Assembly: GCF_006345805.1 (NCBI RefSeq)
Contig: NC_043011.1
Span: forward strand, 2,046,001-2,110,000
DNA from: Octopus sinensis
Lineage: Eukaryota
Direction of reading: 5' to 3'
DNA: 64,000 nt
Within the stretch, counting starts at the first letter, position 1, and each line of letters opens with the position of its first letter. Positions 25,547 through 37,366 of the stretch are shown piece by piece. The position numbers were made by a program, and so were the translations under genes. The notes beneath the pieces were generated by a model. It was not told the DNA's origin, did no database searches, and saw only the letters and a list, made by a program, of their open reading frames with translations.

Positions 25547-26407
25547 GATAGGTTTTAAGAATCACACTCCAGCAACTCAATCATCATTCAACGACATTAT
25601 CCAAGATGGGTCCATATAGAACTAAATATTAAAATTATCAAAATTAATACCTTCAATTCTTATTCCAAATGCTATACTTTACATTATATGTACTACGCGC
25701 GTTTCATGACAACATATTCCTCGATATTACTGAAATAGAGGTCTCGAAATACAATACCATATTATAACAATTATATTGCCAATCTTCAGGTCTAGATTAT
25801 ATGAACTTATTTTGCTATTTACATTCTATATAAAGACACGACAAACTAAAATTATTTAAATAGAAGTTGTTGGAATAATTTTACTTTAGTAAATAATGAA
25901 CAAAAATGTGGAATAAAAGTAGGAAAAAGAAATGTTAGTAAAAATAACTGTTAACTTATCTGTATGGTAATTTTCTCTCCACAAATTAAACATGGCCCGC
26001 AACTATTCCCATCATACACTCACTTCTGGCTGCTCCTGATTTATTATTATTCATTTCCCTTACAAGGTTATTAAAAATAATAGTAAATACCTTTTAAGAA
26101 CTTTTAAATGTTAATAAGAATTATCTCCCCTACACAATAGCTATCAATTTTGGATTATACGATTGCTGGCAATATAATCGTTTTAATATGGTATTGTATT
26201 TCGAGACCTCTATTTCAGCAATATTGAGGAATATCTTGTCATGAAATGCACGTAGTATATATAATGTAAGGTATAGAATTTGGAATAAGAATTGAAGTTA
26301 TTAATTTTGATAATTTTTATATTTAGCCCTAAATGTACCTATCGTGGATAATGTCGTTGAATGATGACTGAGTTGCTGGAGGGTGATTCTGTCTCTTAAA
26401 ACCTATC
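25547..26407. mobile_element. Non-autonomous DNA transposon with ~235-bp TIRs in (TA)n
   Basis: TIRs at 25547-25781 and 26167-26407 (gataggttttaaga..), roughly 85-90% identical by eye. No coding capacity; the TSD is obscured by TA repeats. Confidence 0.82.
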
Positions 26408-26504
26408 TATATATATGTATATAAGACAGTGAGTAATTCATTTTGGTACCACTAAATTGAACTTCTCTCCCCTTTGAACTCGGAAATAACTTCCCTAATA
26501 TTAA

Positions 26505-26578
26505 TATTAATGTATATATATACATATATATATATACATATAATATTAATGTATATATATATGTATATATATACACAC

Positions 26579-26647
<69 letters not shown>

Positions 26648-26847
26648 CACATATATATACATATATACATATATATATGCATATATGTATATACGTATAT
26701 ATATATATACGTATATATATATATATACATTATATATACATATACATCTATATATATGTATATAGATATAAATCTATATATATATATACATCTATACATA
26801 CACATACATATATATATAAATACATATATATATATATATATATATAA
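26505..26847. repeat. Long degenerate (TA)n microsatellite
   Basis: Directly visible; source of the YI-repeat ORFs. Confidence 0.95.
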
Positions 26848-27074
26848 ATGAACTAAGTAAAATAATTTCCTCCAAGAAGTGTGTTAAACATCCAATTCAC
26901 TTATACGTCAATTGAAAACCATATAAATATGAGTATTATGCAAATTACAAGGATAAAATTAAATAGAGAGATATAACTGACAATCAAATAATTTATTTAT
27001 ATTATACCATAATATACAATGGATATAACATAACATAATATAAGATAATATAAACAATTTTTTAAATATCAAAA

Positions 27075-27150
27075 TGCCGAAAATTTGTTTTGACTTATAT
27101 ACATTTTTTGATATATAAACAATTCCCTTATATATGTCTCATCAGAGGCA
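27075..27150 (-). ncRNA. Degenerate hammerhead ribozyme relic
   Basis: Minus strand: UGCC-U-CUGAUGA-GACAUAUAUA...UAUAUAAGUC-AAAAC-AAAUUUUC-GGCA. G12 has changed to A and stem III is damaged. Confidence 0.5.
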
Positions 27151-27692
27151 GAGTTTAAAGATAGACGAAATTCCAAGTGAATAGATGGCTGGATTGTAAA
27201 AAATTAATTCAAATGCCTATGTATTATGAGCATGTTTGTTAACTATTCAATTACATCATTTCATCATTTCATACATATCAAATACAATTAAACAACAAAA
27301 AAATTTCAATGGACAAAATAATTAAATGTGATCTATATATATATATATATATATGCATGTATATATGCAAAGTGAGATAATAGTTTCACTATGTATATAT
27401 TACATACATAGTGAAAGTATTAATAGTGAAACTATTAAAACTGAAATTATTATCTTACATTACACTAAAAATGTTATTGTTTCACTTTTGACATATAATA
27501 CTGAAACATTCTAAGAGATTACTGTGGGTTCGCATTATGAAAGAAGTGGAAAATTTTTTTGGCTGATGACAAAGTAGTGGACCCTAAGTAGTGTCTGTGT
27601 AAAATTTGAATGAAATCAGTTGGGTAGTTCTCGAGTTTTAGTGATGCACACATACAGACACACATTCTGAGTTTTAAATATATATATATATA

Positions 27693-28089
27693 GGCGCAGG
27701 AGTGGCTGTGTGGTAAGTAAGTAGGTTGTTTACCAACCACATGGTTCCGGGTTCAGTCCCACTGTGTGGCACCTTGGGCAAGTGTCTTCTACTATAGCCT
27801 CGGGCCAAATAAAGCCTTGTGAGTGGATTTGGTAGACGGAAACTGAAAGAAGCCCGTCGTATATATATATATGTGGGTGTTTGTGTCTGTGTTTGTCCCC
27901 CTAGCATTGCTTGACAACCGATGCTGGTGTGTTTATGTCCCCGTTACTTAGCGGTTCAGCAAAAAGAGACCGATAGAATAAGTACTGGGCTTACAAAAGA
28001 ATAAGTCCCGGGGTCGAGTTGCTCAATTAAAGGCGGTGCTCCAGCATGGCTGCAGTCAAATGACGGAAACAAGTAAAAGAGATAAAAGA
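27693..28089 (+). mobile_element. CORE-type SINE, full length
   Basis: ggcgcaggagtggctgtgtggtaag.. through gaaacaagtaaaagag; TA repeats on both flanks. Confidence 0.9.
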
Positions 28090-28684
28090 TATATATATAT
28101 ATATATGTATATATAGATATGCATACATACATACATACATACATACATACATAAATGAGATAATTTATAATTTCTTGGACATCTAGCTAATTTGTTGTAC
28201 TGTGTATTACATAAATGTTATTATTTATCAAATATATAGAAGTCCAACAAAAATTAAATAGAAATATATGCAACAAAAAGTAAATAGAAAATGCATAATG
28301 TAAATGCAAAATTGATAAATGTAAATGTCGTTTTAGAAACTCAAAAGAAGAGTATGTTGTCCCCAAATCCGAATCAGAAATATGTGAGTTCTTAAGAATT
28401 GTATGTTTTTTTCTTTTTTTTTTTTTTGCAGAGAATTTACAAAGTTAAGAATGGAATATACTTTTTTTTTAACAGTTTGGAAGTATTTAGAACTAATATA
28501 ACTTGTCTATTTTTAACTAGATAATTACTATAAGAAGCCAAAATACTTAACTTAGAATGACTGTTCATCTGGAAATATGTTTTCCAATAATCTATCTCCA
28601 TTTTCTCTCTGCTTTCTGTCCACATATCGGCATAATTGTCTCTGCAGATGGAAGTAAATGTCTACGTGTATATACATTAGCATA

Positions 28685-28896
28685 TACTCTTTACTCTTTT
28701 ACTTGTTTCAGTCATTTGACTGCGGCCATGCTGGAGCACTGCCTTTAATCGAGCAACTCGACCCCGGGACTTATTCTTTGTAAGCCCAGTACTTATTCTA
28801 TCGGTCTCTTTTGCCGAACCACTAGGTGACGGGGATATAAACACACCAGCATCGGTTGTCAAGCAATGCTAGGGGGACAAATACAGACACACAAAA

Positions 28897-28941
<45 letters not shown>

Positions 28942-29066
28942 TACGACAGGCTTCTTTCAGTTTCCATCTACCAAATCCACTCACAAGGCTTTGGTCAGCC
29001 TGGGGCTGAACCCGGAACCATGTGGTTGGTAAACAAGCTACTTACCACACAGCCACTCCTGCACCT
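28685..29066 (-). mobile_element. CORE-type SINE with an internal deletion
   Basis: Family match; the CORE segment is missing near 29005. Confidence 0.85.
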
Positions 29067-29345
29067 GTGGGAGTATGTATACATATGTATACATTCATAT
29101 ATTCTTTTACTTGTTTCAATCTTTGAACTGTAGCCAAGATGGGACATTGCCATGAAAGATTTAGGCTGTTGAATTGATCCCAGTAATTAAGTCTGGTACT
29201 CATTTTGTCAATCTCTTTCAAGCAAACTGCTAAGTAACAGGGGGCACAAACAAATCAACACTAATTGTTAATTAGTGAGAGGCAAATATAAATTCATACA
29301 CACATACACCAACATAGACAAATGTGTGTGTGCATGAATATATGC

Positions 29346-29376
<31 letters not shown>

Positions 29377-29429
29377 TATCTACATAAGCATAAATGTTTA
29401 CTATCTCCATATACATACACACATACATT

Positions 29430-29815
29430 GGAAGGAAGCACTCCGTCGGTTACGACGACGAGGGTTCCGGTTGATCCGATCAATGGAACAGCCTGCTCGT
29501 GAAATTAACATGTAAGTGGCTGAGCACTCCACAGACACGTGTACCCTTAATGTAGTTCTCGGGGATATTCAGCGTGACACAGAGAGTGACAAGGCTGGCC
29601 CTTTGAAATACAGGTACAACAGAAACAGGAAGTAAGAGTGAGAGTAAGTTGTCGTGAAAGAGTACAGCAGGGATCACCATCATCCCCTGCCGGAGCCTCG
29701 TGGAGCTTTTAGGTGTTTTCGCTCAATAAACACTCACAACGCCCGGTCTGGGAATCGAAACCGTGATCCTACGACCGCGAGTCTGCTGCCCTAACCACTG
29801 GGCCATTGCGCCTCC
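29430..29815 (-). mobile_element. tRNA-derived SINE family D, full length
   Basis: Minus strand head ggaggcgcaatggcccagtggttagggcag..tttcgattcccagacc; tail ..cgtcgtaaccgacggagtgcttcc. Near identical to 61003-61386. Confidence 0.88.
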
Positions 29816-30189
29816 ACACATACATACATACATATATACATACACACATACATACACACATACATACATACATGCATGCATACATACATACATACATACA
29901 TACATACATACATACATGCATACATATGTGTGCGTGTGTGTGTGTGTGTGCATGTGTGTGTGTGTGTGCAGGCATGTCTGTGGTTAAGAAGTTTGCTTCG
30001 CAACATCATGGTTTCAGTTTTTTGTCCCACTTACTGTAGTCTTGGGCAAGTAATAATACCTCAGGCTAACCAATGCCTTGCTAGTAAATTTGGAAGACTG
30101 ACTGTGTGGAAGCCAGTAATATATGTATGTGTGTGTGAGCATGCGTATGTCTACATGTATCTATCTCTATGTGTCTGTAAATACCCTGT

Positions 30190-30221
<32 letters not shown>

Positions 30222-30844
30222 TTGTGTGTGAGTGTGTGTGTGTGTGATAATGGTCAAAGCTAAATATGGCTCATTAGATCAACAAACAATTAATCTATCT
30301 ATTGCTATTTGGCAAAGTAAATATATTTTCTTATAACAGGACAGAGACAAAATTTATTTGTCTATAACTAACAAAGAATTTTTTCTCTCTTTTGCTCAGT
30401 CTCTTATTTTTCTTCGTTTTTTTTCAGTGTTTTGTTTTTCTTCATAAAAACAATTTTCATTTCTTTTTTTTGCCATATATTTTGTATATTTTCCTTGCTA
30501 GATATTAATAAATGTCAGACAAATATTAAATTCAATCTTCAATCTTGAAATATAATTGAGGTTAATAATTTATTGCTCTATAACTGCAAATAGCAAATAC
30601 GTAACTGAACATGGTGGTGGATCATATCTTTAAGGGGCATTGCTTTTAATGTTTGATGAGGTTTCTATTTTCTGAGGCAAGCAATTTTTTGTTGTTGACT
30701 AACATTACTTACTATGTTTCAGATAGAATCTACAGATTACTGAGTATTGTGTTTTAGCAGTAAGAATGGATTTTGAGTTGTAAGATATGTGCTGTTCAGT
30801 GAAAAATTATCGCAGCCATCTTTTATTTATTTGCTTCAATCAAT

Positions 30845-32035
30845 TTGAATGAATGTGGAGATCATAAGAGACACTATATATTTTTGCTTTCCACTAATCC
30901 CAAATGCCACCTGATCAACTCGACCAAGTCCAACATTGACCAGGCGAGTAAGTGTATACTGAGGAAGATTAATGATGACATAGGAAGGCACACAAGCCTC
31001 CCTCTATGGTGTAGCACCAGTGAGGTAACCTCATGGTTTGTTGCCAAATGGGACAAAGGCAGGGTTAGGTTTACACAGTTCGACATTTTTGATTTTATCC
31101 ATTGATTTCATAAGATCTACTGATGAAGGCACTTTCCTTTGCTAAAGGCTTCACTAATATTAGTGATAGTGATGCTAGATTTATCATGCATGCCAGGAAG
31201 ATGATGCTATTCAGCAAAGATTCAACATGGGTCAAGCAATCTGACCCCAAGAGCTCCTTTGATATGGCTATAGGAGCATATGACAGCGCCAATGTCTCTG
31301 ATCTTATCAGATTGTACATCCTGGACATCTTAGGGAAGAGGTTTCTTTCATTCCTCTTCGGTCTCTGCAGAGATGATGCCCTAGCCATCTCTAGAGGAAC
31401 CAACGGGCACACACTAAATAGACTTAGAACCTAATTAATGCATTAAGCTCAATGAGACTCAAGATCACCATTGAGACTAATCTCACCACAGTAGATCTCT
31501 TAGATGTTACCTTAGATCTGGGCTTTGGTACATACAGGCCCTATCACAAGCCAAACAAGAGGCTGCCACCCACCTATAGCTTTCAAGAACCTAGTGAAAA
31601 GTGTAAGCAAAGGATCTTGAATCAATCCTCTAGCCAAGATATCTTTGATGCTGCTGCCGTCTACTAAAATGAGGCACTGACACTGAGTGGGTTTAAGGAC
31701 CGCATCTCCTACATGCCAGGTCCTATTGCCCAGAAAAGGAAGCACCGCAGAAATGTCATTTGGTTTGCTCCACCCTTCTCGCTTAACAACAAGACTTGTG
31801 TGAGAAGGATTTTCATTAGATTAATTGACAAACATTTCACACACACACACGTAGATACAAGCAGTTATTTAACAGGCACAGCCCTTTAGGAGTGCTCCTA
31901 ACATAAAAAGCATTTTAACTAGTACCCACAATACAAGGAAGGAGGCAGGTTCTTCTTGCAGGGTATATAATAACTGTCCGGTAGAAGGCCAATGCAAGGC
32001 TGAAGGAGTCACCTACGAAGCTACGGTGGCACCTA
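30845..32035 (+). pseudogene. Penelope-like retroelement fossil (RT and start of GIY-YIG endonuclease), probably Naiad-type
   Basis: Frameshifted ORFs: PKCHLINSTKS..QFDI; SFDMAIGAYD..GLCRDDAL; KITIETNL..LLDVTLDL..YRPYHKPN; RNVIWFAPPFS..LIDKHF; SSCRVYNNCPVEGQC..VTYEATV, a CxCx5C-like motif with the first Cys mutated. Confidence 0.85.
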
Positions 32036-32431
32036 GACCTGCTATCCATATTACCAGCAATATAATCTCTCCCTCTGAAATAATCCCTTCCTTTATTTCT
32101 TGACAACATATATATACGCTTTTCATATCGTTCTCTAAAATAATTTCTTTTCTCTCCATAGCAATGGCTACTTACTGCTATTTCTCTTATCCCCATTGGG
32201 CAAAGTTTGCCATCTTTGTCCATTTCCAGCTGTTGCCTCTACCCCTTCTCAGACTTTCATTAGTTTATTCCATGTGTTTGGCCATTTGACGACACTCGAA
32301 AATATGCACAGCTAAACCAAGAATTTCTCATGATTTTAATGGTCTCATTCATTTAAACCCATCTATTCTCTGAAATAATTCTTTCTTGTTTGTTCCACCC
32401 CTAAAATGATTAACATTGTATTTTGGCTTCA

Positions 32432-32820
32432 TACTCTTTACTCTTTTATATGTTTCAGTCATTTGACTGCGGCCATGCAACGCCTTTAGTTGAGCAAATC
32501 GACCCCAGGACTTATTCTTTGTAAGCCCAGTACTTATTCTATCGGTCTCTTTTGCCGAACCGCTAAGTGACAGGGACGTAAACACACCAGCATCAGTTGT
32601 CAAGCAATGCTAGGGGTACAAACACAGACACACAAACACATACATATACATATATACGACAGGCTTCTTTCAGTTTCTGTCTACCAAATCCACTCACAAA
32701 GCATTGGTTGGCCTGGGGCTATAGCAGAAGACACTTGCTCAAGATGCTATGCAGTGGGACTGAACCCGGAACCATGTGGTTGGTTAGCAAGCTACTTACC
32801 ACACAGCCACTCCTGCGCCT
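32432..32820 (-). mobile_element. CORE-type SINE, full length
   Basis: Family match. Confidence 0.88.
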
Positions 32821-33179
32821 ATGTATATGTATATTTCATATTTTCCTCTAAAACAATTTTTTCTTGTTTGCTCTGCTCCCTAAAATGACTCTCTCTTGTC
32901 TGTGATTGCACCCGCCACCAATACTGGAAATCTCATTTCTCTTACTGGACATCCAGTTGCCCTTCCCCTCTCTCCTCTTATGTTGGTAATCTCACCACCC
33001 TTTCCTTTTTCCTCCCCCATTCTTACATCCACAAGGCTTATATTTACAACACCCCAAGCATTTTCATATACAATGCTTCTTTACCCCCCCCCCCAGTAGA
33101 GGCAACAACCTTAACAATTCTAACATATTTGAATGATGGTAGGTTAAAAGCTAGAACAACTATCATGACACAGTTCTAT

Positions 33180-33375
33180 ATTTAAGAAACAAGTAATTAT
33201 GTACATTATTTAAATAATTTACAATTGATGAATATTTGTCCTCATCTTGTTTGTTGTTAACACATTTCGGCTTATATACCATCCAGCCTTCATCAGGTGT
33301 CTTGGGAAAATTTCGAACCTAGGTTCTCATTCCTAAGGTATTTTTTGATGTTATTATTATTATTATTATTATTAT
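33180..33375 (-). mobile_element. Penelope-terminus-like tail with a degenerate hammerhead (33260-33300)
   Basis: Minus strand ACAC-CUGAUGA-A-GGCU..AGCC-GAAA-U-GUGU. Stems I and II are present; stem III appears deleted. Confidence 0.6.
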
Positions 33376-33379
33376 ACAA

Positions 33380-33451
33380 GCATGTGGCGTAGTGGTTAAG
33401 AGTGCGGGCTACTAACCCCAAGATTCTGAGTTCAATTCCTGGCAGTGACCT
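33380..33451 (+). mobile_element. tRNA-derived SINE head (tRNA-like pseudogene)
   Basis: A-box ggcgtagtggttaag and B-box-like gagttcaattcc. No complete cloverleaf or acceptor stem. Confidence 0.6.
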
Positions 33452-33464
33452 GTAGCTATACCAT

Positions 33465-33765
33465 TCTGCAAGCAAGACTAGCCTGAGTTTAAGTACCCTA
33501 TCACACACCCTCACTACCTCTATGACCTTATCCACCCATTTTCTGTAAGAAGTATACCTACACCCCCTACTTCATCACTGTTACATTCCCAGAAGCATTT
33601 ATATTTATGTGCTTTGCCTGTGAGGACTCTGGCTGAAGCTCCTCTCCACCTTACCTCTTGTATGCAACAATCATCAACAGGTCTCTGTTCAAGCATCTCT
33701 ATAATCTCACTAGACCTATCTTTCAATGTGCCAACATTTACAGTACCAACTCTGAAAACTGGGAG
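33465..33765 (-). pseudogene. RTE-X LINE apurinic endonuclease N-terminal fragment
   Basis: RVGTVNVGTLK..CCIQEVRWRG..GGVGILL, then after a frameshift DKVIEVVRVCDRVLKLRLVL. Confidence 0.85.
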
Positions 33766-33840
33766 AGATATGGGAGGTAACACAGGAACACATATTCACA
33801 CACTCTGTATTTCTCTCACAACAACAACAATCTATCGTTA

Positions 33841-34241
33841 TACTTTTTTACTCTTTTACTTGCTTCAGTCATTTGACTGCAGACTTGCTGGAGCACCGCT
33901 TTAGTTGAGTAAATCGACCCCAGGACTTATTTTTTGTAAGCTTAGTACTTATCCTATTGGTCTCTACGTTACAGGGATGTAAACACACCAGCATATATTG
34001 TCAAGCGATGTTGGGGGGACAAACACAGACACACAAATATATACACACACATACATATATATATATATATACATATATATGACAGCCTTCTTTTAGTTTC
34101 CATCTGCCAAATCCACTCAAGGCTTTGGTCAGCCTGAGGCTATAGTAGAAGACACTTGCCCAAGGTGCCACGCAGTGGGACTGAACCCAGAACCATGTGG
34201 TTCATAAGCAAGCTACTTACCACACAGCCACTCATGCACCT
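33841..34241 (-). mobile_element. CORE-type SINE, full length
   Basis: Family match. Confidence 0.87.
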
Positions 34242-34347
34242 ATTATAAATCCTTAAATCCTTAAAAATGTTTCAGCCCAAAGGCTGCGGCCATGCTGGGG
34301 CACCTGAAGTTTGTGATGCATAATCTCTAAGTTGAAAACTATACAGC

Positions 34348-34383
<36 letters not shown>

Positions 34384-35136
34384 CACACACACACACGCAA
34401 ATCAAAAAATAACTATCTATATATAGTGAAATTATTTTGTTTTGAAGTTGTGTTGAAACTATGGCCCCTAAAAGGCTCAATCATTCACAAGTAGTTAATC
34501 ACTTTAGCAACTGAAAGCTAAAAGCAATGAAATACCTGCAGCAAATCTGAAATTCCAAACTAGACAATATAATAATTCCTCCTACACCAAATCATTACAT
34601 CACTATCTTGTACATTAAAAACGTTTTAACTAAATGAGTTGATATGATGCTATACAAAATATTCACAAATTCAAACCACAAAACTACTTTGTGAACCCAA
34701 TTTTTTAGTTTGTTTTGTTCGGTGAAACTCTTAAAAATCAATTGTAAATCCATGGATTATTGCTAGTTATAAAAATGGGAATTCAGCGAAAAATCCATAT
34801 CCATGACAAAATTGTGTTCTGCTTATTGACAAAATAAAAGTGTTGCACAAATATATGATTTTCAAGTTAGAACTAAATATCAGAAATCAAATTTTTATTG
34901 AAGTAAATAAAAAATTAAAGCAGTTGGCGGTAAGTTTGTTAGCTAATATCTATCAGAAAACTAACAAACCATACATTTTAAATGTCAATTAATGAGGAAA
35001 ACATCTGTTATTTTCAAATTGATTTTATTTTCTGTATCTATTCAGAAGTTTGGAATAACATTTATGAAATATATCAATACTACAGCCGATTCCTCTGCAT
35101 CTTTATTTCTGTCTTATTCTGCGCACAGGCTTGCAT

Positions 35137-35179
<43 letters not shown>

Positions 35180-35485
35180 TAGTATGAGGGGTTTAGTTCA
35201 CTTGTGATCTAAATGAATAGGTACGCTGAGTAAGTGCTATAGTTGGTCGACTGTTAGTTTCCAGATGCAGCACGGAATTTTGTCAGTGAACAGGTCAAGG
35301 TCTCAAAGCGACGAAAATATTTTGGCAAATTAAATTTAAATGTTGAAGTGAATCTTATGGTGTTTGTGTGTTTCTTAAATGGCTTATAACCACCTTCCAT
35401 GCTGCAATTGTTAGTTTCCAAGATCACGGCTAAGACTGGATCTAGGGATCTGTATTAGGGTTCTGTTACAGCAGGTATATACTAG

Positions 35486-35712
35486 AGGCGAGCTGGCAGA
35501 AACGTTAGCATGCCGGGCGAAATGCTTAGCGGTATTTCGTCTGCCGCTACGTTCTGAGTTCAAATTCTGCCGAGGTCGACTTTGCCTTTCATCCTTTCGG
35601 GGTCGATTAAATAAGTACCAGTTATGCACTGGGGTCGATATAATCGACTTAATCCGTTTGTCTGCCCTTGTTTGTCCTCTCTGTGTATAGCCCCTTGTGG
35701 GTAGTAAAGAAA
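35486..35712 (+). mobile_element. tRNA-derived SINE family C, full length
   Basis: Pol III-like head (gagctggcagaaacgttagc..gagttcaaattc), central gtcgactttgcctttcatcctttcggggtcgattaaataagtaccag, and tail ccccttgtgggtagtaaagaa. Confidence 0.88.
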
Positions 35713-36317
35713 AAGGTATATCCTAGAGGAAAAATCGAAACCCAAGCAAAATAAGTATCTCAAGTCATTTACAATAATCTAATTAGAGTGAGGTGAACTT
35801 AATTAGAGTAAGAATAACCCAAGCAGTAGGTTAGTATGTCCACGTACTGGGTACTCCATCATGAGAGACATAATATAAATATTCTAGATGGAAAATTTAC
35901 AGTTTACAAGGAATAAAATTCACAGTTTATAAGGAATAAAATAAAATAAAGGAGTAAATAGAAGGGTAAAAAGTAAAAGTAGTTAGAAGAATACAGGTGG
36001 GAGAATAACGTTCACAACTCATCTTTTTCCAGAGTATATGGATGTTGGTTAGTACTTCCATGAAGGTACAGGTCCTTAGTTAAAATCCTAGGTAAAGCCA
36101 TAAAGTGAAAAAGTAAAACAGACATAAATGGGTTTTGTGAATGAGTGTATATAGGGGAGAGAGAGAGAGAGGAGAGGAGAAAGGAATAAAAATAAGATAG
36201 GGGTGAAATGGTAAAAATACGAATAAAAAATTAAAATAAAAGCAACTGTAATGATAGAGATATCATAAATAGGTTTGTGTGTGTGTGTGAGAGAGAGAGA
36301 AAGAGAGAGAGGGAGGG

Positions 36318-36359
<42 letters not shown>

Positions 36360-37335
36360 AAACAGTAAAAAAAAAATAAGATAGGGATAAAAGGGTAAAA
36401 TAGAAATTAAAATGAAAATTAAAATAAAATAATAGTAAAGGTAATGATAGAGATATGTCGGTATTGCATCAGGCTGAGAGGTCAAATGTTAAAGTTTCAG
36501 TAAAGTGGGGTGAAAAGCCAATCTAGGTAAGGTTACAAAGGACAATAGTATTGTGGTTAGTACGGATATTTAAAATTATATTTCAAGCTTCATAGCAATT
36601 AAATGATACAAAATAAAGGATTAAGAATTAAGTTGAAACTTCAAAATTAAAATTTGAAAATTAAAACTTTAAACTTAAAATTACAAACTAAGAAAAATAA
36701 AACCTAAAAACTGCAAAAACTAAAAATAATTGAATTGAAACTGGTTAGCTTTTAAGATACTTATGTTGTCACAGGTATATGTTGTTATAGGTTCTATCAC
36801 AACCTTTAAATTCTTCCATAGATTCAAATGCAAACAAAATCAACATGCATACCACATCCATCCGTGGTCGTTACAATGTATATATATATATGTATATATA
36901 TATGTGCGCTTATGTGTGTGTATGTATGTGTTTATGAATGTATGCATATGTGTGTATATATATGTATGTATGCGTATATATACATATGTGTGTGTGTGTG
37001 TCTGTGTATGCCCTATTTTCCTTCTACTTCTCTATCAACATAGAAGCTAGCTAGTTTTGGATAGGGATGTAGGTATGACTGTATATTTAAGAAACATCCC
37101 TGTGGCTCCTGTGGTTCAACTTTATTGCGTAGCACCTTGGGCAAGTATCTTCTATAACTTAGTGTTAAACAAAATGTTGTCAGTGGAATTTAGTAGACAA
37201 AAGTTGTGCAGAAAACCATCCTAAACATACATACATACATACATACATCTTTACATATATACATACATACATGTGTATGTACAAATATACATACAAGCAT
37301 ACATGCCTATGTACATACCTACCTACCTACATACA

Positions 37336-37366
<31 letters not shown>

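Noticed and set aside
33380-33451. Functional tRNA gene (same question for SINE heads at 27693, 35486, 60119)
   Set aside because: A and B boxes are present, but there is no intact acceptor stem or cloverleaf, and the other heads are fused to SINE bodies.
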